A DNA stretch of 64,000 bases from Longimicrobiales bacterium (lineage in GTDB: Bacteria; Gemmatimonadota; Gemmatimonadetes; Longimicrobiales; Gaopeijiaceae). Location: assembly GCA_963664435.2 (NCBI GenBank), contig CAXXKM010000001.1, positions 96,001 through 160,000 of the forward strand. The letters are read 5' to 3'. Positions 9,801 through 22,382 of the stretch are shown here, one piece after another; positions within the stretch are counted from its first letter, which is position 1, and each line of letters opens with the position of its first letter. The position numbers were made by a program, and so were the translations under genes. A model generated the notes under the pieces. That model was not told the DNA's origin. It searched no databases and was given only the letters and a program-made list of their open reading frames with translations.

Positions 9801-10133
9801 ATGGAACCGGAGATCCTGATCCTGCTGGTATCCCTCTTCGTCACCGGCGGCATGATCGGCGCGGCCGGCATCCTCCTCGCCCAGTTCTTCATGCGCCGCA
9901 TCCCCGGCGTGAGCGCGACAGGCGCCCCGACGCGCGCCGAGCTGGAGGGAATCCGCCGCGACGTCACCGAGATCGCCTACCACCTCGGGTCCGTGGAGGA
10001 GCGCCTCGACTTCGCCGAACAGCTGCTGGGCGGCGCGACCCCGACCGAGGTGCCGAAAGCCGTGGCGAAGAAGGCGGAGGGTATCGTGGGCGCGTCCCGC
10101 GGCTCCGGAGGTGGCGGCGCCCCCGCGGGTTGA
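9801..10133 (+). CDS. Small membrane protein with coiled coil
   Basis: N-terminal TM helix followed by ELEGIRRDV..VEERLDFAEQLL heptads; GGAAGGG upstream. Confidence 0.65.
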   Translation: MEPEILILLVSLFVTGGMIGAAGILLAQFFMRRIPGVSATGAPTRAELEGIRRDVTEIAYHLGSVEERLDFAEQLLGGATPTEVPKAVAKKAEGIVGASRGSGGGGAPAG

Positions 10134-10224
10134 TGCACTTTGCGGGCGGGACGTACGGCAACGAGCCCTCGCGCGCGCCGTCCTTCCCTTCCGCCGCATC
10201 CGCCACCCTCGAACCCGGACGCCC

Positions 10225-12393
10225 ATGCGCCATCCCAGCCACTCCACCGTCCCCCGCCCCATCGCTCCCCACACGCCGGCCGCGCTGATGTTCGCGGCCG
10301 TGCTCGTCTCGGCCACGCCCGCCCCGTCCCAGGAGCCCTCCGCCACCGGCTTCACGGAGGCCCGGGCCGCCCGGCAGCTCGTGTGCGAGGCGCGCTTTCT
10401 GGAGCTGCCGGGCAGCGACTCGTTCCGCGAGCATCTGCGCACCATCACCGCGAACCCGCATCCCGCCGGCTCGGAGGCGCAGCAGCGCGTCGGCGAGTAC
10501 CTGGCGCAGGCAATGGAGCGCGCGGGCCTGGCAGTCGAGCGCCATCCGTACGACGTGTACCTGCCCGAGCTCACCGACGACGTGGAGGTGCATATCGTCA
10601 CCCCCGTGTCCATGCAGCTCTCGAACCGCGAACCCGCGCTCCCCGCGGACCGCTTCTCGGGCCACCCCGACCTCCTCAACGGGTGGAATGCCTACTCGGG
10701 ATCCGGCGACGTGACGGCCGAGGTGGTCTATGCCAACTACGGGCGGCGCGAGGACTACCTTGCGCTCGACTCCATGGGCGTGTCGGTGGCCGGCAAGGTC
10801 GTCATCGCACGCTACGGCGGGAACTTCCGCGGCTACAAGGTGAAGTTCGCCGAAGAGCGGGGGGCGGTGGGCGTGATCATGTTCAACGACCCCGGCTTTT
10901 CCGGTCTCGACGCGTATCCGGACGGCCCGATGATGAACGGGCAGACCATCCAGCGGGGTTCGGTGCTTACCCTTCCCTGGACGGGCGACCCGCTCACCCC
11001 CTTCGTTCCGGCGCTGCCCCTGGACGGCGACATCCAGGTGGAGCGCCTCGACCCGTCGGAGGTGCCGCTGCACACCATCCCCGTGCTCCCCGTCGGCTAC
11101 GAGGCGGCGACCCGGATCCTGTCGCGCATGACCGGCCGCGGCACCCCACCCGGGTGGAGCGCCGCGATGGAGCTGGACTACCGCGTGACCGGAGGACCGG
11201 ATCTCACCGTGCGCGTGCGCGTCAACCAGCCGCGCAGGCTGACCCGCGCGACCAACGTGGTCGGCACGCTGCGCGGGAGTGAGTTCCCCGACGAGTGGTT
11301 CATTCTGGGCGCGCATTACGACCCCTGGGGATTCGGCGCGATCGATCCCAACGGCGGCACCGCCATGCTGCTCACCCTGGCGGAGGCGCTCGGCGAACTG
11401 GCCCGGGACGAGGCGTGCCGACCCCGGCGCTCGATCATGATCGCCCACTGGGACGCGGAGGAGTACGGCATCATCGGCTCGACCGAGTGGGTGGAGCACT
11501 TCCGCGAGGAGCTCGAGGCGAACGCGATCGCGTACATCAACGCCGACGCGGCGGTGTCGGGGGCGCAGTTCGGTGCGTCCTCGTCGCCCTCGCTCAAGGG
11601 ACCGATTATCGAGGCGGTGGGCCGCGTGGCCTATCCGGGCGCGGACGGCACCATCCTCGACCGGTGGCTGGAGAGCACCGCGGCCGGGACGGAGGAGCCG
11701 GCGATGGGCAACCTGGGCGGCGGGTCGGATCACGTGGGCTTCTACACGCACGCCGGCGTGCCGTCAGGGGCACTCTCGTCGGGTAATCCCGGCGGAGTCT
11801 ACCACTCCAACTACGACAACTTTGCCTGGTACGAGCAGTTCGGAGACACCGCCTTCGTCTACGGACCGATGATCGCGCGCGCCGACGGCATCCTCGCGCT
11901 GCGTTTCGCCAACGCCGATGTGCTCCCGTACGACGTGGCCCGCTACGCCTCCGACACGCGCACCCACCTGGGCACCCTGTACGACGTGGCCGGGGCGCGA
12001 GGACTGCGCGTGGACTTCTCCGCCCTTGCGGAGTCGACCCGCGAGCTGGACGAGGCCGCCGCCGAACTCGTGGCCGCGCGCGACCTCTGGATCGCGTCGG
12101 GGGACGTCGACCCGGCCACCGCCGAGGCCGTGAACCGGGCGCTGATCGGGTTGGAGAAGGCGTGGCTGAACGACCGCGGGCTCCAGGGGCGGCCGTGGAG
12201 CCGTTCGATCTACGTCTCGCCCGACCCCTTCAGCGGGTACGCGTCGTGGATGCTGCCGGGGCTGCGCTACGAGCTGGAGACCGACGACCGGGCCGACATT
12301 CCGGGATGGGAGCGGGTGTACGTGGCGGCGGTGCGGGATCTGGCCACGCGCATGCGGGAGGTCGCGGCGATGATCGAGCGAGCGGGCGCGTAG
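10225..12393 (+). CDS. M28 peptidase, glutamate carboxypeptidase II/transferrin-receptor-like (PA + dimerisation domain)
   Basis: YANYGRREDY PA domain, GAHYDPW, DPNGGTA, WDAEEYG, GGGSDH, YHSNYD. Confidence 0.9.
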   Translation: MRHPSHSTVPRPIAPHTPAALMFAAVLVSATPAPSQEPSATGFTEARAARQLVCEARFLELPGSDSFREHLRTITANPHPAGSEAQQRVGEYLAQAMERAGLAVERHPYDVYLPELTDDVEVHIVTPVSMQLSNREPALPADRFSGHPDLLNGWNAYSGSGDVTAEVVYANYGRREDYLALDSMGVSVAGKVVIARYGGNFRGYKVKFAEERGAVGVIMFNDPGFSGLDAYPDGPMMNGQTIQRGSVLTLPWTGDPLTPFVPALPLDGDIQVERLDPSEVPLHTIPVLPVGYEAATRILSRMTGRGTPPGWSAAMELDYRVTGGPDLTVRVRVNQPRRLTRATNVVGTLRGSEFPDEWFILGAHYDPWGFGAIDPNGGTAMLLTLAEALGELARDEACRPRRSIMIAHWDAEEYGIIGSTEWVEHFREELEANAIAYINADAAVSGAQFGASSSPSLKGPIIEAVGRVAYPGADGTILDRWLESTAAGTEEPAMGNLGGGSDHVGFYTHAGVPSGALSSGNPGGVYHSNYDNFAWYEQFGDTAFVYGPMIARADGILALRFANADVLPYDVARYASDTRTHLGTLYDVAGARGLRVDFSALAESTRELDEAAAELVAARDLWIASGDVDPATAEAVNRALIGLEKAWLNDRGLQGRPWSRSIYVSPDPFSGYASWMLPGLRYELETDDRADIPGWERVYVAAVRDLATRMREVAAMIERAGA

Positions 12394-12499
12394 TGGCCGC
12401 GGCGGGGCATGGGACGAGGTCTCATGCCGGATAGTATCATGGGCCGTGATCCCGTAGTACTATGCGCGCCGGTCTTGATCACCTCAGCATCGCGCCCAA

Positions 12500-13507
12500 C
12501 TACCGCCTCCTCCGCGCGCGCCGCTCGGCCGCCATTTCCACCAGGCGGCGCAGCTCCGCGATGGGCTCCTCGTGGTCGTCCACCTGCAGGCGCAGCACCA
12601 CGTCGTTGTTGAGCCAGACGCCGCCGTCCTCCTTGACGATCAGCAGGGCGGCGGACTGCATGCCGCGGGTGTCCCCGCCAGCCGCCTGACCGGCCTCGAG
12701 GGCCGCCACCAGCCGCTGGGACAGGTGGCCGGAGGTGTTCTCGAAGGCGGTCACCATGTCTTCGACCACCGCCGGGCCGGCGAGGATGTTGCCCTGCGCG
12801 GAGGTGTAGCGGCCGATGCGGTGCCCCGCCCAGTCGCTGGCGCGCGGGCCGGTGTGAGTCGCCACTTCGCCGCGCGCGTTCATGACCGAGAACTGGCGGC
12901 CCTCGATGCTCCACCGTTCCGGGTCGGGATTCGGGTCGGCGGCCAGGACGCGCTCCACCACCTCGGCGGGCGAGTGGCCTTCGCGCAGGAGCGCGAGCGC
13001 CTGCGGGCCGTAGCTCACGTCGACCACGGCCTGGGTGGCGACCACCCCCACCCCGGCCTCTCCCCAGATGACGCCGTTGCCCACGCTGAACACCCGCGAC
13101 TGGACGGCGACGCCGACCTCCCCGGTCTCGGGGTCGTACCCGACGATGGAGAAGGTCCCGACCGTGTCCCAGGGGGCCGGGAGGGTGACGGCGGCGGGCT
13201 CCCTGACGTACACCGGGTCGGTTGCACCTCTGCCAAGGATGTAGCGCCCATCGGGATGAATCCGGACGAGCGTATGACCGCCATACTGATATGCGATGAC
13301 CATGTCCTGGGCGGCCGCCTGCGCGCTCAGCCTGGCGAGGGTCGGTCCATGCTGCGCCCGGATCCGACCCGCATCCGCAGGGCTTACCGCCACGGCCTTC
13401 TCGACCAGCCAGGTGGTCGTGTCCTCGGGCGCTGGAGTCGTCGCACAGCCCCCGAGCACCACCGCCAGGACGAACGCCAAGCCAAGTATCCTGCTGCTGC
13501 ATTTCAT
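12500..13507 (-). CDS. DUF1028 family (Ntn-hydrolase-like) lipoprotein
   Basis: GTFSIVG, GVAVQS, VATQA, QGNILAG, GGD.RG.QSAAL, LQVDDH..P..EL.RL; lipobox LGGC. Confidence 0.85.
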   Translation of the reverse strand: MKCSSRILGLAFVLAVVLGGCATTPAPEDTTTWLVEKAVAVSPADAGRIRAQHGPTLARLSAQAAAQDMVIAYQYGGHTLVRIHPDGRYILGRGATDPVYVREPAAVTLPAPWDTVGTFSIVGYDPETGEVGVAVQSRVFSVGNGVIWGEAGVGVVATQAVVDVSYGPQALALLREGHSPAEVVERVLAADPNPDPERWSIEGRQFSVMNARGEVATHTGPRASDWAGHRIGRYTSAQGNILAGPAVVEDMVTAFENTSGHLSQRLVAALEAGQAAGGDTRGMQSAALLIVKEDGGVWLNNDVVLRLQVDDHEEPIAELRRLVEMAAERRARRRR

Positions 13508-13857
13508 TTGCCTGCGCCCTCCGCGTCTCGCCGGTCACTCGTGTGCGCCATCATTCGATTCCCCTCTCGATGATGGACCGCACCATCTGCACGGTGGGAA
13601 CTTCGCGCGGCGACAGCGTCTCCGCCAGAACGCCCAAGGTGGCTTCCGCAGCACCCGGACGCCTGTGGGCACAGGTACGTTGCCGCGAACTGGTCCGGTC
13701 CCGCCCACACTTGCCCTGGAGGATCGCTCGAGGGCACAGTCGGGCTTCCCTTTTCGGCGCATGCGCGTCGCCGCATTATCCATCCCGTAATCCTGGGCGG
13801 AGATGCGGCTTCCGGATCCACGAAGACCCGGCCCCAAGGACAAGGACTGCAAACAAG

Positions 13858-15081
13858 ATGACCCTTCGCAGAGCAGACATGACGATGGCGATGTTCCTGA
13901 TCCCCGCACTGTCGGCGTGCGCTCCGGAGGGCGGCGGAGGCGCCGCCGCGGGCGATGTCCTCGACTTCGAAGCCCTATCGGCGAACCTCCTTGCGCGGAT
14001 GGACCTGCAGCCCGGTGAACGAGTCCTGCTGGTCGGGGAGGGCGGCGGCCGCTGGGACGCGATCGTGCCGCTGCTGCGCGCGGGCGTCAGGGCGGCCGGC
14101 GGGGTGGATCTGGGTGCGGTGGATGTGCGTGGTGCGGTGCTCGGGGCGGGTGAGCCAGGGGCGGGGGCGGACGCGGCCGCAGGTGGGCCCGCGCAGTTCG
14201 CGGCTTCTCTGGGCACCGCGCCGGAGGGGTGGGCGGAGCCGCTCGCAACGATCGATGTCGCGGTCAAGCTCCCGGGCGCCGCCGCGGACCCGGCGCTGGA
14301 CAACGACGTCTACCGCGCGCTGCAGGACGTGCTGCGGGGCGGCCGGGGGCGGACCGTTCACTTCCACTGGGCCGGCGCCACCTCGTTCGAGATGGAGGAG
14401 CTTGCCGTCGACGACCGGGTGGATCGCCTCTACCAGACCGCGGTGCTGGACACCGACTACGCCGCCCTCGCCGACACGCTCAGGGCCTTCGAGGCGGCGC
14501 TGAAGAGCGGGCCGGTGCGGGTGACGACGCCTGCCGGGACCGACCTCACCTTCCTCGTGGACGACGGACCGGTGACGCGCCAGGATGGGGATGCGTCGGC
14601 TGCGCGCGCGGACCTTGCGCGCAACCTGATCGATCGCGAGGTGGAGCTGCCGGCGGGAGCGGCAAGGGTCCTGCCGGTGCTGGAGTCGGTCGTGGGACGG
14701 ATCGCCTTCCCGCCCGCGCAGTGGGGCGGTGAACGCGCGGAGGGGGTGGTGCTGCACTTCGAGGGGGGCCGTGTGGTGGAGGTGGAGGCCGACGCCGGGC
14801 ATGATGGGGTGGTGCGCGAGATCGAAGAAGCCGGGGCAGGCCGGATTTTCCGCGAGCTGGGAGTGGGGTTCAACCCACTGCTCGCGATTCCCGAAGGCGA
14901 GGCGTGGATCCCGTACTACGGCTACGGGGACGCCGTGGTGAGGCTGTCGCTGGGTGACAACACCGAGCTGGGCGGGTCGGTCGGGGGCGGCTACGTGCGC
15001 TGGAACTTCTTCCCGGACGCGACCGTGACCGTGGGGGGCGAGGTCTGGGTGGAGGGTGGGAGGCTGGCGGAGGGGCGCTAG
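13858..15081 (+). CDS. M29-like aminopeptidase/metalloprotease lipoprotein
   Basis: VTTPAGTDLTF, ELPAG, RELGVGFNP, SLGDN..LGG pattern; LSAC lipobox; start codon uncertain. Confidence 0.7.
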   Translation: MTLRRADMTMAMFLIPALSACAPEGGGGAAAGDVLDFEALSANLLARMDLQPGERVLLVGEGGGRWDAIVPLLRAGVRAAGGVDLGAVDVRGAVLGAGEPGAGADAAAGGPAQFAASLGTAPEGWAEPLATIDVAVKLPGAAADPALDNDVYRALQDVLRGGRGRTVHFHWAGATSFEMEELAVDDRVDRLYQTAVLDTDYAALADTLRAFEAALKSGPVRVTTPAGTDLTFLVDDGPVTRQDGDASAARADLARNLIDREVELPAGAARVLPVLESVVGRIAFPPAQWGGERAEGVVLHFEGGRVVEVEADAGHDGVVREIEEAGAGRIFRELGVGFNPLLAIPEGEAWIPYYGYGDAVVRLSLGDNTELGGSVGGGYVRWNFFPDATVTVGGEVWVEGGRLAEGR

Positions 15082-15126
15082 AGTGTCACTTCAGCGCTCG
15101 GCACTCACGAAAGAAAGCCGTCGTCC

Positions 15127-15420
15127 TTACCACGCCCCGGGCTTTCGGATGTTTGTGCCCGGAATGGGATCGGGCAGCTGAGAGTTCGCCAACGCACTGG
15201 GCCGGATATGTCTCGAGAAGTCCGCATGCGCTCTGAGTTGCTGCGATGATCTGCCAGTTCCAGGTGTCAGAAGGCCGATTCGTATGCCGCCCACCGGTCG
15301 TTTCAGGGGCGCCCAGACCGCGTGGCTTAACAGCGCTGGGAGGTCAAGCCACTTCCAAGAGCTTCTCTTGAGCGCGCCGTAGTAAAGGTTGAAGCCGTCC
15401 ACGTAGACGAAGGTACGCAT
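15127..15420 (-). pseudogene. NYN (PIN-fold) domain gene with large internal in-frame deletion
   Basis: N-terminus MRTFVYVDGFNLYYG..KWLDL and C-terminus SQLPDPIPG...KP.W present, only 97 aa; central EK..D and S.DSD acidic motifs absent. Confidence 0.75.
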
Positions 15421-15433
15421 CGACACCTGCCGC

Positions 15434-15487
15434 AAAAAGCAAGGGCCTCCGAGGAGGCCCCGCGCCCTGCGGTCGAAACCGCAAGGG
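15434..15487 (-). ncRNA. Two-hairpin structured leader/terminator upstream of the NYN gene
   Basis: Minus-strand CCUUGCGGU-UUCG-ACCGCAGGG, then GGGCCUC-CUCG-GAGGCCC followed by UUGCUUUUU. Confidence 0.6.
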
Positions 15488-15507
15488 GTATCACTAGTAG
15501 CCTGCCC

Positions 15508-16422
15508 CTACGCCTCCGCCGCGCGCGTCTCGCTCGCGTGCAGGAAGTTCGTGAAGCCCTCGTCGTAGTCCGACAGTCCGTTCTGGCCGGTGAGCTTCAT
15601 GCGCTCGTCGTAGAGGCGGCGCATCAGATTCGCCAACGTGCCCTGGGCGGGGCCATCCTCGGGATGCAGCGCCAGGAAGTCGTCCCGCAGCTCCTCGCGT
15701 AGCCCGCCCTCCTCGACCATGGTCCGGTACCGCCCCGGATCGCGGTCCGCCAGCACCCAGAGGTTGCGGTGGAGCCGCTCGCAGCGCGCCGACTGCACCA
15801 GCACCGGCTCGCCCGAGCCGACCATCGACAGGTAGCCCAGGGCCTGCGCGTGCAGTTCCTTCAGGTATCCCTTCCGGTGCGAGAACTCGTGCGCGATGAT
15901 GTGCGGCTCGAAGACCCCCGCGTCCCGCAGGATCGACACGTCTCCCGAAAAGATGTCGCAGGTGCCGAGAGCGAAGGGGAAGACGAGGCCGGCGAGGGTG
16001 AACTGACGTATTTCCGAGCTGGTTTCGACCCGCTGGCCGGTGATGTCGGCGATGAAGTCGGTCAGGTGCCGGTTGACCAGGCGGGCGAGTTCCGCGCGCG
16101 GGATGCGCTCGGGGGTGTATTCTTCGCTCACGAGCTCGACCAGCCAGCGGACCTCTCCGTCGCGCTCGGCCACGGACATCGGCGTGAGCTTGTGCACGTC
16201 CGCGCCGAAGGTGTCCAGGAAGTCGATCGCGCGCACGTTGCGCCGGGCGAACCAGTCGACCGCCACGCTGCCCGCGTAGGCGCCCAGGGCCACGGCCTGG
16301 AGTGCGCGGCCGGGAGGCGTCGCGCCGAGCAGGATGCGCGAAGCGAGCGGCGCCGCGACCATCAGGTCGGTCAGCGAGATGGGCGAGTAGGTCGCCTGAT
16401 TGGGGATGCGGACGGTTTCCAT
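15508..16422 (-). CDS. Putative zinc metalloprotease, DUF3810-like
   Basis: HEXXH motif IIAHEFSHRKGY..E..A; N-terminal hydrophobic segment. Confidence 0.6.
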   Translation of the reverse strand: METVRIPNQATYSPISLTDLMVAAPLASRILLGATPPGRALQAVALGAYAGSVAVDWFARRNVRAIDFLDTFGADVHKLTPMSVAERDGEVRWLVELVSEEYTPERIPRAELARLVNRHLTDFIADITGQRVETSSEIRQFTLAGLVFPFALGTCDIFSGDVSILRDAGVFEPHIIAHEFSHRKGYLKELHAQALGYLSMVGSGEPVLVQSARCERLHRNLWVLADRDPGRYRTMVEEGGLREELRDDFLALHPEDGPAQGTLANLMRRLYDERMKLTGQNGLSDYDEGFTNFLHASETRAAEA

Positions 16423-16425
16423 GAG

Positions 16426-16545
16426 CCTTCCCGGGGTTGCAACATCGTTCCCGGCGCAACGGCGGTCGTTCCCGCGCGCCGACGGGCTTCCCGGTGCAAC
16501 GGCAGCCTGCTCGGCGCAACGGTATGCCTGTCCGGAGTAACGGCC
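16426..16545. repeat. Degenerate ~20-bp tandem repeat, about 6 units (core TTCCCGGYGCAACGG)
   Basis: Units include ttcccggcgcaacggc, ttcccggtgcaacggc, gctcggcgcaacggt, gtccggagtaacggc. Confidence 0.6.
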
Positions 16546-16613
16546 GCGGAACCCGAAAGTTCCTGACGGCCGGACGCTTCCCGGCTGTTCGGACCGGACG
16601 CGCCTCCGGTTAG

Positions 16614-16619
16614 TATACT
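16614..16619 (+). promoter_or_regulatory. -10 box TATACT, 6 nt before the metH ATG (candidate leaderless promoter)
   Basis: TAGTATACTgacgcaATG; no SD sequence. Confidence 0.55.
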
Positions 16620-16625
16620 GACGCA

Positions 16626-20353
<3,728 letters not shown>

Positions 20354-20357
<4 letters not shown>

Positions 20358-22204
20358 GCGTGACGCTGCGCCACCTCATCGCCGACGGGCGCGCCCATGT
20401 CGCGGACGGCGCCATGGGCACGATGCTCTACGGACGGGGCGTCTTCGTGAACGTCTGCTACGACGAGCTCAACGTCGAGCAGCCGGACATGGTGCGGGAG
20501 GTGCACGAGGAGTACGTGCACGCCGGGGCCGAAGTCCTCGAGACCAACACCTTCGGCGCCAATCCGGTGAAGCTGTCCGGCTTCGGCCTGGACCCGCGCA
20601 CCGAAGCCATCAACCGGGCGGGAGCGGAGCTGGCGCGCGAGGCGGCCGCGGGGCGGGCCAGCGTGGCGGGCGCGGTAGGCCCGCTGGGCATCCGCATCGA
20701 GCCGTGGGGGGCGACGTCCTTCGAGGAGGCCGTGGATTTCTTCCGGCGGCAGGTGCGGGGGCTGCTGGAGGGCGGGGTGGACGGGTTCTGCCTGGAGACC
20801 TTCAGCGACCTGAGTGAGCTGGAGGCGGCCTTCCGGGCGGTGCGCTCGCTCACCGACCTGCCGGTGCTGGCGCAGGTCACCATCGGCGAGAACGGCGCCA
20901 CGCCGGGGGGCACCACCATGGAGGCGGCGGGAGCCGCGATGGCCGCGTGGGGGGTGGAGGTGGCCGGAATAAACTGCTCGGTGGGGCCGGCGATCATGCT
21001 GGACGCGGTGGAGCGCCTGGCCGCGAGTTCCGGGCTGCCCGCCTCCGCGCAGCCCAACGCCGGACTGCCGCGGGTGGTCGAGAACCGCCAGATCTACATG
21101 GCCAGCCCGGAGTACATGGGCCAGTACGCCCGCCGCCTGATCGCCGCGGGCGCGCGCTTCGTGGGAGGATGTTGCGGCACCACGCCCGCCCACGTGCGCA
21201 AGATCCGCGACCACGTGGCCAGCGTGCAGCCGGGGCGGGTGCGGGCGACCGCGCGCGCCGAGCCCGCCGAACTGCCGGGCCGGTCCGGGGTGCCGCTCGC
21301 CGGGCGCTCGGCGTGGGGGAGGAAGCTCGCCGCCGGGCAGTTCGTCACCACCGTGCAGATCGCCGCCCCGCGCGGATGGCGCATGGAGGAGACCACCCGC
21401 AGGGCACGCGCGCTGGCCCGTGACGGGGTGGACGCGGTCTTCGTGGTCGGCGGCACCCGCGGACAGGCGCACATGGACGCCCTGACCACGGCCATGCTGC
21501 TCGGCGCCCGCGCGGGGATCGAGCCGCTGGTGCGCTACGTCTGCCGCGACCGCGACATGCACGGCATGATCCGCGACCTCCTGGGGGCGTCGGCCGCCGG
21601 CATCCGCAACCTCGTGATCGTGAGCGGCGAGTCCACCAGCCTGGGACCCTACGCCGACTCCACCGCGATCTCCGACATCGACTCGATCGGTCTGGTGAAC
21701 GTGGTGCAGCGCCTGAACCGCGGCCTGGACGCGGGCGGCAACGACATCGGCGCGCCCACCGAGCTGGTGGCGGGAGTCGGGCTCGACCAGGCGGCGGTCG
21801 ACCAGGCGCTCGAGCTCAGCCGCTTCGCGTGGAAAGTGGACGCGGGGGCGGACTTCGCGGTCACGCGGCCGCTGTTCGACCCCCGGCGCCTGGAGGGGTT
21901 CCTGGCGCGCGCCGGCACCCGCGTCCCTGTGATCGCGACCCTGTTCCCCCTCGCCTCCCTGCGCGACGCCGAGTTCATGGCCAACGAGGTGCCGGGGGTG
22001 GAAGTACCGGAGCGGATCGTGCGACGGATGCGGGCGGCCGAGCGGAAGAGCCCCACGCACGCCCGCGCGGAGGGACTGGCGATCGCGGGGGAGATGTTCG
22101 CCGGCGTGCGGCACCTGGTGCGCGGGGTGCGCATACGCCTCCCCGACGACGACCTGAGCCGGGCGTCCGAACTGCTCGGCTCACTCGAGGTGCAGCGGGG
22201 GTAG
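20354..22204 (+). CDS. yitJ: Homocysteine S-methyltransferase / MTHFR-like fusion (YitJ-type); MTHFR domain divergent
   Basis: GTGA overlap with metH stop; [24 protein letters not shown]-terminal [26 protein letters not shown] fold. Confidence 0.88.
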
Positions 22205-22382
22205 ACGGAGGCCCATTCACAGCGGTCCCCGGAGTCATCGGGCCGCCCCGCCGACTTGCCAGAGCGCGGGCCGGGCGGCTAGATGCCTGAATCGGACGCG
22301 CGGCGGGGACGCGCGACGGACGGGATTGACGAGGCCGACCGGCCCGGAACCATCCGGGACGGTTTGCATCACGGAGGACGCG

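Noticed and set aside
12462..12689. 75-aa ORF starting at the second TAGTACTAT box
   Set aside because: Mostly antisense to the DUF1028 gene, with no SD and no recognisable domain.
15083..15495. GTGTCACT / GTATCACT as a target duplication around the NYN insert
   Set aside because: Only 7 of 8 bases match; too short to distinguish from chance.
16426..16545. Possible mini-CRISPR or SAM riboswitch upstream of metH
   Set aside because: Units are ~20 nt with no spacer-length unique sequence, there are no cas genes, and no SAM-I core is recognisable.
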